This document shows positions 50,573-62,804 of a stretch of DNA of 64,000 bases, piece after piece. The stretch is from positions 25,544,001-25,608,000 of the forward strand of contig NC_092674.1 of the NCBI RefSeq assembly GCF_964355755.1. The letters are read 5' to 3'. The position numbers were made by a program, and so were the translations under genes. This DNA is from Antedon mediterranea (lineage: Eukaryota > Animalia > Echinodermata). The notes under the pieces are model-generated. The model did no database searches. It worked only from the letters and a program-made list of their open reading frames with translations, and was not told the origin of the DNA. The stretch's first letter is position 1; each line of letters begins with the position of its first letter.

Positions 50573-51376
50573 GGCTACCCTATCGAATCACTACTCCTGG
50601 TGGTGGTGGGAATATTGGTGGCGCTCTACACGTAATTAAAATTACGTAGCGCCACCAATTTGTTTCCACTCAAAATATGACACGATATGTGTGCCAAAAT
50701 ATTTTTCTATTTTACGAAATAAAAATAAAAGTACAATATGACCTCTCTTATCTCAGAATACTATAATTAAATACCATCTGGAGAGATCTGGCCACGCGCG
50801 CACCAAATGACTCTGTACGGAAGTGATAAATACATAATAATATAAATTAATTAACAATTCTTTCTTACAATAGTAATTCTTTCCAAAATAATGAAGATGC
50901 CGACGTTTTTTTCAAAGTAGGAAACCACACAATTGCTTATGAATTTCTTACATTGTTTGCTTACACTTCTTTTAACGTGAAAAAATGCGCAAAATCAATT
51001 TCAGGTAATTAAGTTTAAGCATGCAGCGCATTAACATTTCGAAATTGTTGTGCGCACACACACGTGACACAAAATAGACCCAATTCCATCCAGCAGTATC
51101 GTTTTATTTAAGATGGCATAATTTAGGATGGCATAACCTTTGCGCTCATAGTTTACGTGCGTGTTGAATTTACGTGGATAACCTCTTTCGCACGTCCTAT
51201 GTGTGTACTGTGTGTGTGATGAGTCAGATCTAGTTGATGATGAATTTTCCAAAATGAATGATAAGTAAACAAATCTAGGCATAGTACTGTAATTGTATTG
51301 TGCGCCAATGTGCTATTGTAAAGCAAAACCGTTGACCCGAATCCGAATCACGTTTTGTTCACTTCACAAGGCTAGT

Positions 51377-53596
51377 ATGCAGCTAAAAGATTACATCAAA
51401 CAGTTAATTCAGAGAATGTTTTCGACAATTCAAAGCTTACTGGTTTTTATAACCAGAGTTTTATTTGCGTATCTGTATACGGTGTACCGATTTGTAATTC
51501 CTCGTTCTCCTAAGTCAGTAGTGGGTAAAGTAGTACTCATAACTGGGGCTGGTCACGGCATAGGCAAGGAAACGGCACTGAAATTCGCTAGGCTAGGGGC
51601 TACATTGGTGTTATGGGATCTAAACAAAACCGACAATGAACAAACTGCAGAGGAGGCACGGAACGTAGGAGCAGGCGCGTGCGCGTACACAGTTGACGTG
51701 AGTAACAAAAACGCTGTGTACGCCGCAGGTAAAAGGGTAACCGACGAGGTGGGGAATGTCGATATACTAATTAATAATGCAGGTGTGCTTGTTGGAGAGG
51801 AACTTCTAGAATTAACTGATGAGCAAATTGAAAGAACATTTAATGTCAATATTTTGGCTCATTTTTGGGTGAGTTCTCTTAAATGTTATTTTTCAAGACA
51901 CCAACCCCCTAGGGGCTCCCCTAAACTGAATTTATTTATTTCCTATAATAAATAGAAAGAGTAAATATAATCTGTGAGAATTCAAGCAATCATGGTCTAA
52001 TGGAGAGCATATCATGAGCATAAGATTCCTGGTTCGAATCTCAGTTGGGATGACTTTTTCTCATTCTCAGATTTTCTTATCTTATTTCCATTTCTAAATT
52101 GATTAATAATAATTAATATTACCTATGCCAAATTTTACTATAAATTTAATATTTCACATTTAATTTAGTTTGCTTTATTTATAGATTCTTCGTGCATTTC
52201 TTCCAAGTATGCTTGAAAGAAACGATGGACACATCGTCACAGTGGCATCAATGGCTGGTCACTTTGGGTGGCATCGATTGGTTGATTACTCCGCCAGTAA
52301 ATTTGCTGCAGTCGGGCTTGATGATGCGCTGAGGAGAGAGTTAAAAATGCTCAAGAAAACAGGAATTCATTTATCAATCGTTTGTCCAAACTTTGTCAGT
52401 ACAGGATTGATCCATAATGTGTCGCAAAGGTCAGTAAGGTCATTGCCAACAAAGTGCCTTTAATATATGATATATAACCAGAGAGGTGTAATAAGCAGAA
52501 GGCTAGAGGGTGTACTCCAGTGATTCTAACAGGATCAGGGGGAACCAACAAGATGGCAGCCATAAATGTGTTCAAAAACATTATTTAATATAAAAATAAT
52601 AATCTAATATAATACATTAAGACCACGTAAATTACAACACATATTCATCTTGTTAAACGACAAGAAAGTTTAAAAAAAATTAAACATATTGTTAATCGCA
52701 ATGGAATGAATAATTTCTTGCCAGGTAATCTAGCATTTTTATTTTTTTCTCGATATGACATGTAGGTAATTAGCACCAGTTTGGTTTTCGTTGCAAATTA
52801 TATTTTTTAATTTTCTTCTTCAGGATTGGTAAAATAATCACAGCAGATGATGTTGCAGAGGCCATTATTTATGGAGTGCAAAGAAATGAAAGAGAAATAT
52901 TCCCAAAAGCTACATATGAAAGTCCATTACAAATCATTTTAAATAAGTGAGTATATTATCATTAGGATTCGGAAATTTGGAAAACTGCCAACCCAAGAGA
53001 AGGAGACAAAAGTGAAAGTTGAAAGAGTGGATTTTGGCTATCAATCCATGGGTCCTGGGGGAAAGCCCTGTCAGAGAAGTCCACCACAATGCAAGTAGAC
53101 ATAGTTATATAACAAAAGACACACATAAGGTCTACCTGGATTAATACACATGTACTATGATCTGTTGGTATACCTGAATCATTATTTATACACAATACCC
53201 TTGATAACAAATCTAATAATTCTCATATCAAAATGTATAAAAACTGAAATTTGCATTGTAAAGGTTATCTTGTTTAGATAGACAATATCAATAAACAGAC
53301 AGGTTCCCTGTTTTATCAGAATTCTTTGTTGATTTAATTTCTTTTTTTAGCGCATACATTATCATATCTTGCGATCGAGCATTTACTAGAAAGGCTATCT
53401 AAAAATTATATTAATTTTCTGCTTTTTTTTTAAATTTATGTATTCATTAAAATTCAATTTGAATTTGTTTAGATCAGTTTTTTAAAATAAATATTTCTAA
53501 TTATATTTCCACAGGATACTACCATTTAGGGTGCTTGAAGTTCTCGAAGAAGCTTTCGAGATTAAAATTGGATCGCAGTCTAAAAAGGAACTTTGA
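51377..53596 (+). CDS. Short-chain dehydrogenase/reductase, SDR16C family (retinol dehydrogenase / HSD17B11-like)
   Basis: Exons 51377-51868 (start could be 51417), 52185-52429, 52824-52946, 53515-53596; motifs VLITGAGHGIG, LINNAG, VNILAHFW, GHIVTVASMAG, catalytic YSASK, VCPNFVSTG; ends SKKEL*. Confidence 0.92.
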
Positions 53597-54245
53597 TGAC
53601 GAAGGCGCTAGGATTGTGCTAACTTTATATAAAACATTAATGCAGTAAAAAGGAAAGAAATCAGAATAAATTAAAGGAGTTTTTATATTTCTATCAACTA
53701 AACTAAACTTAGCTTGAATGACACAAACCACAGTCTTGCATATTTATGTTAATTTACATGTTAATTTATATGTTAATTTATGTTAATTTGAATATAGCAA
53801 TGGCTTTAACAAGTCTATGGTATTAATGCATACCAGTATACATACAGAAAGACATTTATTTAACATTCAGAATTGAATAAATCAAAATTTTATTATATTA
53901 CTGACTGTATCTATGGTAGAATAAACATTATTGGGAAGGGGGCCTTCCACTATTACCAAAAAAAAATGAACACTATTATATTTAATATTTACTTATATAT
54001 ATATATATTTATTTTAAAATGATATTGATAATATACATTTGATTAAATGCTTTACATTCCAATCCAATATATTTATTATTATCAAAGTTATTGTCATATT
54101 TTGTCTTGTACAGTATAATTAATACGTGATCAAAAGATGGTGATTATAAACTGAACATTTTCATATAAACTCCTGTAAATGTGTTTATTTCTATTTGTTT
54201 CAAACACATTTATCATTTGATTTTATATACAGTCGTCCAGAGAGT

Positions 54246-56304
54246 TTAAGCAGTGTCCAGCATACTTGCCATCTCCTTCATTTCTTTACTGAAGTTCTGC
54301 AATACAAAAATGACAATTAAAATTAAGTTCAAATTTATTTGTTCTGACCACTGCTGGTGGATCTAGGATTTTGAAATAGGGGAGGGAGCAGGGCCTTGTA
54401 AACAACATCACAATAGACAATATTGTCTTTGTTGTTAAACTCCATGTGGGCCATTGGGACAAGGCTACTGTGCATGTAATTTATTTACTATTTTTCTATA
54501 GGCACAGTTGACTACATGTATGCTGAAAGACAATATTTGGTTTGGCTATTGACACAGTCAACTGTAGTTTTATCAGCACATGAAGACTTCACATTAGATG
54601 GATGGCCAACCATGCCGATGGACCTATAGCATGACGCATGATTGACCATGCTGATAGACCTATATAACGCATAATTGACTAGGCTGATAGAACTATAATA
54701 TGACGCTAATTGACCGTGCTGATAGACCTGTATGACGCTGATAGAACTATAATATGATGCATGATGCATCTTTCAACACAAGAATAAATAGATTATTTTT
54801 TTGGGCCTTACCTGAAACTCTGAAATAGTCATTTCAAATGATCTTGTTGTCACCAGACCAGATGAATTCGCTACCTTCAGGGAAATGGTAACAAATGGAG
54901 AGTTGATATTCTTGCATGATTCTGATGACATGGCCATTCCTAGCTTCCATCGCATATCAATCAATTTGCCAACATTTAGTAAACGTGTTGCAGGCGTACT
55001 TAACAGCTTACCCTACCAAAACGAGAATAATTATTTTTTGCTGCAGAAATGTAAAAAAGAAAAAGAACACACGGCACCATCCAGGATTTCCAATTTAATT
55101 CATCATTTCCTACAGGCCTAAAACTGTGCATAGTCACATTTATGCAGCTGAGCTCTTTCTTTCTTCATATATTTGTTTTTTTTTAAATTGATTAAATTTT
55201 CAAATTTTTTTTATTCAGGATTTCTGTCAACACTAGAGATACAATTCGTGAATCCCTCTAGTGATGTTGACTTAATCTTCCTTCCTTCCTTCCTAGTACT
55301 GTATGTGTTCCAAAGATAGATGGTGGGTGTACATATTTGTTCTGGTTTTAGACATTTTGAACATCTTGCTGTGACCTCTAGTACCTGGAGGAGGTTCACA
55401 TGTTATATTATTTTTAAGTTTATTATTTTTTACCATTATTTATTTATTTATACAACTATACTATTCCTTTTCAATAGGAAATTTATTGATTCGCGTTTGA
55501 AATGATTGCCAAAAATATACTGCAGTAATCATTTCTTAATTTTAGTCGGTCGGTCGGTAAACACTAACTTGAGCACGCGACTGCAGCCATGTATATGGCC
55601 TTGTTGAATCATGGAGGTTATATCAGGGAAGAGAGAAATTACTCAGTTTTCTCACTTGTTCATTCCACAGTTGCTTCATAACAGACACTGTTGTGGCATC
55701 CCATAATAATGACTTGCTTAGTTCATCAGCTAATTCATCAGGTGTTGCATTACACTTTGCAGATGATCTAGAGGAAGGAACGCACATTAATGGTAAAACT
55801 AGAGGATTTTACAATTTATGTGTACAATTAAAAGATTTTTCTTATTCTAATAATTAGGGACTGATTTTGTGTGAAGTGGCGAGCATGCCAATTTATCAAT
55901 CGATGTACAATCAACTCGCACAATACAGGGGAAAAAACCACCAACAATTTATGAAAACTCTTCTCTTCTTGAATTGACTGTATTTATAAATTGTGACCGA
56001 ATGCCATATCTGGTAGCATAAAGTTCTGTCAAACTAGTTTGATGCGTTCAAATATAGTAGTGATGTGCCCAAATATGGTAGTGATATGGTCACATCACAT
56101 TTTGTTGTCACATAAAGTTTGTTAGTGTAGACAGAGTGAATTCCGAAACTCAGAATTAATATTTGCTAAATTGACTCACACACGTAAATATAATTCTTTT
56201 TATAAATATTTTAAAAGTAAACAGTACCTAAATACGAATACGATAGCTTCAATTGCAGATTCTACGTCACCGTTTGAACACCTGACATCAGCCTCTTCTA
56301 ATTT
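54246..56304 (-). CDS. COMMD6: COMM domain-containing protein 6 (last four exons; 5' exons not found in window)
   Basis: Exons 56304-56228 (KLEEADV..IVFVFR), 55767-55656 (SSAKCNATPDEL..KQLWNEQ), 55012-54812 (GKLL..LIDMRWKLGMAMSSESCKNINSPFVTISLKVANSSGLVTTRSFEMTISEFQ), 54296-54246 (NFSKEMKEMASMLDTA*); closely matches the recalled COMMD6 COMM domain (WKLGMAVSS..C....PYV...LKVA..SG.....FEMTI..FQNF). Confidence 0.9.
54605..54765. repeat. Short degenerate tandem repeat in a COMMD6 intron
   Basis: GCTGATAGA(C/A)CTAT(A)..ATGACGC..ATTGAC recurs about 5 times. Confidence 0.7.
56022..56136 (-). mobile_element. Family A MITE fragment, reverse orientation
   Basis: TGTCACATAAAGTTTGTTAGTGTAGACAGAG. Confidence 0.7.
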
Positions 56305-56977
56305 CTGAAAGTAATCCAAAATATTTTATTAGGACTTGGTTCATATGTCTATATAGGCATAGATTTTTTTTTACATGAGTTTACAAACTAAACGCAAGCA
56401 TTAAAAATAGAGTAAACAGTTATTAACAAAGCGCAGGGAAGAGACTCTTTCTTGGTATAGAGCCAACTCTTAATTTTCTTTATATAATATTATATATTTT
56501 ACTTACTAAATAAAAATACAGAAACAAATACTGTCTGCTTAATTTTCTATATAAATCTTTTTTTTTTAAATTTAATTTCACAGCGACACCCCAAAACAGT
56601 TTCAGATGGTATATCAATATTAGTCATTGAATAAGGATAGATGCCAACAAAATCGGTTCACTTTAATTGTTATCGTAACATGAACATCTAGTGACTTTAC
56701 TGCTAAGCGATTTATCAACTGAAGAAACAGTTTGAAAGATTAAAAGAATAAGTTGTTCATTAAATCACAACATGACGCTGTGAGGAAAAATATTTAAAGA
56801 AAGGAAAACAAGTTGGTAATCGCAATATTTGTCTATAAATAGTTTGGCGGACATCAAACATTTAGAAAAAAAAGTTATTTTATGATGGAAAATGTATAAA
56901 CCATATCGTGTTTACAAATATGAACAATGACGTGTGTGTACCGTATATCTAACAGCTTGAAAATGGATTTATATACA

Positions 56978-57100
56978 TATAAATACAGAGTAAAAACAAC
57001 ATTATTGTATTTATTAATACATCAACAAGTCAAAGGGAAACAACCAGTTTACTGATCAACAGAAAATACTAAACATTCTAGAAATAAAAAGTGATTCTGG
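56978..57100 (+). promoter_or_regulatory. TATA box and non-coding exon 1 of C1q copy 1
   Basis: TATAAATA at 56978, donor GG|GTAAGT at 57101, acceptor CAG at 58263 just before the ATG; all conserved in copy 2. Confidence 0.6.
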
Positions 57101-58270
57101 GTAAGTACATTATTATTATTCAGTATTGTTTTACTTTATGTAATAATAATAATATTCAATACTGTTATAGTTCTTTATACTGACAACCAACAGTGGGTCA
57201 GTACAAACAGGATCAATTGACTTGAACAACACTCTAAACAACTATAGTATTAATTAACATAAAGTGATTTAGTGTTGGTGGGAGAAATAATATCAAATTA
57301 AAATCTCCCAGTTGTAAATTTGATTCTTTAAAAAGAAGATCCTACTTTACTCATTTCATTTTTAAACTTTTGTATACTCTTTACGTGCACCTCTAGTCTA
57401 GGTTGTATAGAGATGGTGATTTGTGGTCTTACTGCTTGAGTAATACTCTAAACTAACTAGAACTAGTGTATAACATAATAATGGGTGTATGGTTTGATTG
57501 GATTTAGTTTGTAAAAATTAAAATCTCAGTTGTGAATTTTATTCTTAAAAAGCAAGATCCTATCCAATACTACTATACTCATTTCATTTTCTAACTTTTG
57601 TACCTCTTTACAAGTAGTCTAGGTTGTAAATGGTAATTTAGCTAAATATTAAAAAGAAAAACATTTTTGAACATTTGGTGTCATAATTATACTTGAGCTA
57701 AAATTAATTTGGTTTTTTTATATAGAAATGCTCACTGGTGGCCCTATGTAAAAAGAAATAACAAGTCCATACAAAAGCATTATTATCTGTATTTTGTAGT
57801 TAGATTGACGGTACAGATATGTCAGATAATAGTTCAGATTGGTTTTAGTGCCAAAATAGCTTCTATTTTTCTTTTACCTTAAGTTGCTGAATTAAAAAAG
57901 TTAGATGTAATTTTTTCGACCACCCTTTCATTCAGCTGCCATTAAAAAAAAATATATGGCACCGAAGATTGTGCTGGGAAACAGAATAAACGTTCTAAAG
58001 TTACACTTGATTTGCCTCTTAATAATATTGTAGTACAGGATCGTTTTTGGTGTTCTGCCTTTAGTTTTTAATAATTTTATATTTGTCTTGCTTGCAGTAA
58101 ATGAAATAAATAGTATTGTATAAACTTCAGAAAGTTATCAGGTTTGAGGTTCAAACTTTAGATCCATGGGACCCTCAACATGTAGTTATTTTATTGATAT
58201 TAACTTCTACTTTTTTTAAACAAAGACTTTGTATGAAATGATAATTAAAAACTTTGATTACAGATTCAAC

Positions 58271-59047
58271 ATGTTGCTTGCAATTAGTATCATTTACATC
58301 ATGATGATGATCCAATCAGCCGCTCTAGCGGAACCTGAAGCTTGTAATAGTTGTAGTGCTGGGGTTCCTGGCATTCCAGGACATCATGGTAATCCAGGCA
58401 CAATAGGACCACAAGGAATAAATGGAGAAAAGGGAATGAAAGGAGAAAATGGACAACAAGGAATGAAAGGAGAAAAAGGACTGAAAGGAGAACAAGGAAT
58501 GAATGGAGAACAAGGACTTAAAGGTGATAATGGAAAGAATGGACTAGATGGGATACCAGGGAAATTAGGACCACAGGGACCTCGAGGACCTATTGGGGTA
58601 CCAGGTTCAATTGGTGCAAAAGGTGAAAAGGGTGAACAAACCAATATTACTAAATCAGCCTTTACAGTAGCTTTTAAAAGAAGCCCAGGTCGTCCTACTG
58701 GCCCGTTAAAGTATGACACAACAATTACAAATGTAGGAAGTCACTACAACACTGAAACAGGCAAGTTTGTCTGTGAAATGCCAGGTGTTTATGTATTCCA
58801 AGTCACGTCAACAAAAGCTTCAGGAACTGGTAAAGTAGGAACAGCAATGATGAGAAATGGAAGCCGTCAAGTTTCCACACGGACAGAATCTGATAGATTT
58901 AGTTCGGTAAGCACAATGGTGATACTTGATTTAGTAGTAGGTGATGAAGTATGGACTCAGCCATTTAATTCAGCATATAACTATTACTATAGTGACAGCA
59001 ATGGATATTGCTCATTCTCAGGTTTCTTGCTTTATCCGTTATGGTAA
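58271..59047 (+). CDS. Collagen-C1q (C1q/TNF-related, CTRP-like) secreted protein, copy 1, 258 aa
   Basis: Signal peptide, CxxC, Gly-X-Y repeats, gC1q motifs SAFTV, YNTETGKFVCEMPGVYVF, LDLVVGDEVW, FSGFLLYP. Confidence 0.95.
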   Translation: MLLAISIIYIMMMIQSAALAEPEACNSCSAGVPGIPGHHGNPGTIGPQGINGEKGMKGENGQQGMKGEKGLKGEQGMNGEQGLKGDNGKNGLDGIPGKLGPQGPRGPIGVPGSIGAKGEKGEQTNITKSAFTVAFKRSPGRPTGPLKYDTTITNVGSHYNTETGKFVCEMPGVYVFQVTSTKASGTGKVGTAMMRNGSRQVSTRTESDRFSSVSTMVILDLVVGDEVWTQPFNSAYNYYYSDSNGYCSFSGFLLYPLW

Positions 59048-60301
59048 TATTCAGTATGGTAATACTAAAGGTTCATCTACTATACATTATCTTGTGGATA
59101 TGTTAAATTATGTTTATGAAAGTCTTGACAAGCCCAAACAATCAGTTGAACTCTGTACAATTGATTTTACTAAGGCCTTTGATAGAGTTAATCATACAAT
59201 TATTATAGATAAATTAATTAAACTTGGAGTTAGGTCATCCATTGTTTCCATCGTCTGCAGCTTTCTGTGTGAAAGAACTCATACTACCAAACCTGGCACG
59301 CACGTTTCTTCCACCAAATCAATCTCTTGTGGGGTACCACAGGGAACCAAACTGGGACCCATACTATTCTTGGTTCTAGTAAATGATGCTGCCATTGAAA
59401 GTTGTAGGCGTTGGAAATTTGTGGATGACCTGACTCTAGGGGAAGTAACCAAATGTGGTGCTTCCTCCAACTTACAAGTGTCCTTAATAGTGTCAGTGAG
59501 TGGTGTGCATCTAATGATGTTCTACCTAAACCAGCTAAATGCCAAGTAATTGAATTTAACTTTTTAAAGCAACGGCAGCTTAATTTAGTATACACTATTG
59601 ATAACTTTAATCTTCCAATAGTTGGTAAGTTAAAACTGCTTGGTGTAATAATCCAAAATGACCTCAAATGGGGTTCAAATGTTAATGATATAACATCAAG
59701 AGCCTCGCGTAGACTATTCTCACTATGTATCCTGAAAAGGTCTAGTGCACCAGTCAGTGACCTGGTTACAGTATTTACAGTACATCATATATCAGACCTG
59801 TGCTGGAATATGCCTGCCAGGTTTGGCATTCATCATTAACTGTTCAGCAATCTAATTTAATAGAAAAAATTCAAAAACGGGCATTGCGCATAATTTTGAG
59901 CCCACATTATATTAGCTATAAATTAGCCTTAGAGCAAGTAGGTTTGCCTTCTTTAAAGTCCCGTAGAGAACAGATTCTTCTCAAGTTTAGCAAGAGTCTT
60001 TTAGAATCTACAAAAATTTAGAAATATGTTACCAGCATATAAATCTGATAGACATTCAAGATCGTTAAGGAGCAATACTAGCTCAAAGTTGGATTCTTGC
60101 AGATGTTGTACAGAAAGATATAGGCGGTCTACTATTCCGCACTTAGCACGAATCCTTTAAGTTTAAGTTTAATGTTTAGTTCAGATCTCTTTTGATGTAT
60201 TTTACTTCTCAGTTTATGATTGTAATCCAACCTTTTCAGCTCTTGCTGCTGGTGGGAATTTGATGTTTTTTTATACCTTAATAAATAAAAAAATAAAAAA
60301 A
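59038..60301 (+). mobile_element. 5'-truncated LINE (CR1/L2-group-like) with frameshifted RT
   Basis: IDFTKAFDRVNH, GVPQGTKLGPILF, KFVDD, LEYACQVWH; A-rich tail; TSD TATCC at 59033-37 and 60302-06. Confidence 0.93.
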
Positions 60302-61484
60302 TATCCATCCTAGGTTTGTTACTGAACCAAGAACACAGTATAAATAGAATACTTAATATTAATGAGGAATGATAATCACCATTTATTAATATACATTTCT
60401 GTTTATTTTATTGTACACAAATAATGAAACTAATAAAATAAATATTTTTTTATATATACAGAATTTCTCCTTTGGCGATCAATAATAAAATTATTCTGAT
60501 TGTCTGATTCTAAAACCTATAATTCTGAGGCTGAAGATATAGCACAGTATGATGCTATTCTAGTAATGTAATTTTAAAAAGTCAAATAAGACTAAAAATT
60601 ATCTGAATTACAACATAATAAATATATACAGTATATGTTTAAATAAAAGTTATTATTAACCAATAAAATACAAGCAACAAATTCAATTCATTCAATGTTT
60701 TATTTTAATTAATTGATAATAATGCTTCTTTTCATATTTCAAGTTTAAACTTCATAAATTAAAGTTCTAAAGAATTTGTCCAAATGTCGTGCAGTGTCCA
60801 CCTTGTCACAGTCACTAAACTATAGCATTCTGGATAGTTTTTTATATGATAACAAAATATTAAACGCAAGCATTAAAAATACGAGTAAATGGAAAACATA
60901 GAGCAGGGAAGAGACTCTTTGTTGGTATTTTTCTTGTATCTACTGTACATTATAATACTCCTGGTCTTGTGTTGAGAGATAAAGCTAGATCCTGCAAAGT
61001 ATATGTATTTTACTTAATAAATAAAAGGGTTACAAAAATAAGACTAATGAAATACAGAAACCAATAATGTCTTAATTTTCTAAAAATAATTTTTTTTTAC
61101 AAATTCAATTTTACAGCGGCATGAAATCACCACAACAAAGTTTCAGATGGTATATAAATATTAGTCTAGATGGAATAAGGATAAATGCCAACAAAATCTG
61201 TTCACTTTCATTGTTATCGTAACATGAACATCTAGCGACTTTACTGCTAAGCGATTTATCAACTGATGAAACAGTTGGAAAGATTAAAGAATAAATTGTT
61301 CATTAAATCACAACATGACGCTGTGAGGAAAAGTATTTAACGAAAGATAAATAAGTTGGTAATCGCAGTATTTGTTGCGATACTGGCCGGATGTTCATTT
61401 TTTTTATCATTTAAAATGTATAAACCATATCGTGTTTACAAAATTGAACAATGACGTGTATATCTAACAGCTTGAAAATGGATT

Positions 61485-61603
61485 TATAAATACAGAGAAA
61501 AACAACATTGTATTTATTAATACAGCAACAAGTCAAAGGAAAACATCCAGTTTACTGATCAACAGAAAGTACTAAACATTCTAGAAATAAAAAGTGATCT
61601 TGG
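61485..61603 (+). promoter_or_regulatory. TATA box and non-coding exon 1 of C1q copy 2
   Basis: TATAAATA at 61485, donor GG|GTAAGT at 61604. Confidence 0.6.
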
Positions 61604-62804
61604 GTAAGTACATTATTATTATTCAGTATATTGTTTTACTTTATGTAATAATAATAATATTCAATACTGTTATAGTTCTTTATACCTGACAACCAACAGT
61701 GGGTCAGTACAAACAGGATCAATTGACTTGAACAACACTCTAAACAACTATAGTATTAATTAACATAAAGTGATTTAGTGTTGGTGGGAGAAATAATATC
61801 AAATTAAAATCTCCCAGTTGTAAATTTGATTCTTTAAAAAGAAGATCCTACTTTAAAAAGGAAGATCCTACTTTACTCATTCCATTTTCTAACTTGTGTA
61901 TCTCTTACTGTACATGCACCTCTAGTCTAGGTTGTATAGAGATGTTGATTTGTGGTCTAATTGCTTGAGTAATACTCTAAACTAACTAGAACTAGTGTAT
62001 AACATAACAATGGATGTATTGTTTGATTGGATTTAGTTTGTAAAAATTAAAATCTCAGTTGTGAATTTTATTCTTAAAAAGCAAGATCCTATCCAATACT
62101 ACTATACTCATTTCATTTTCAAACTTTTGTACCTCTTTACAAGTAGTCTAGGTTGTAAATGGTAATTTAGCTAAATATTAAAAAGAAAAACATTTTTGAA
62201 CATTTGGTGTCATAATTATACTTGAGCTAAAATAAATTTGGTTTTTTTAAATCGAAATGCTCACTGGTGGCCCTATGTAAAAAGAAATAACAAGTCCATA
62301 CATAAGCATTATTATCTGTATTTTGTAGTTAGATTGATGGTACAGATATGTCAGATAATAGTTCAGATTGGTTTTAGTGCCAAAATAGCTTCTTTTTTTT
62401 CTTTTACTTTAAGTTGCTGAATTAAAAAAGTTAGGTGTAATTTTTTCGACCACCCTTTCATTCAGCTGCCATTAGAAAAAAATATATGGCACCGAAGATT
62501 GTGCTGGGAAACAGAATAAACGTTCTAAAGTTACACTTGATTTGGCTCTTAATAATATTGTAGTACAGGATCGTTTTTGGTGTTCTGCCCTTTAGTTTTT
62601 AATAATTTTATATTTGTCTTGCTTGCAGTAAATGAAATAAATAGTATTGTATAAACTTCAGAAAGTTATCAGGTTTGAGGTTCAAACTTTAGATCCATGG
62701 GACCCTCAACATGTAGTTATTTTATTGATATTAACTTCTACTTTTTTTAAACAAAGACTTTGTATGAAAAAATGATAATTAAAAACTTTGATTACAGATT
62801 CAAC

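Noticed and set aside
51985-52050. tRNA-like sequence with GGTTCGAATC
   Set aside because: No anticodon arm or good acceptor stem; likely SINE head relic.
55211-55399. 62 aa minus-strand ORF inside COMMD6
   Set aside because: Flanking exons join in frame without it and it has no COMMD similarity.
58941-60021. RT next to C1q as a diversity-generating or retron-like system
   Set aside because: RT is a frameshifted, 5'-truncated LINE with TSD and A-tail; no template/variable repeat pair with adenine-specific changes.
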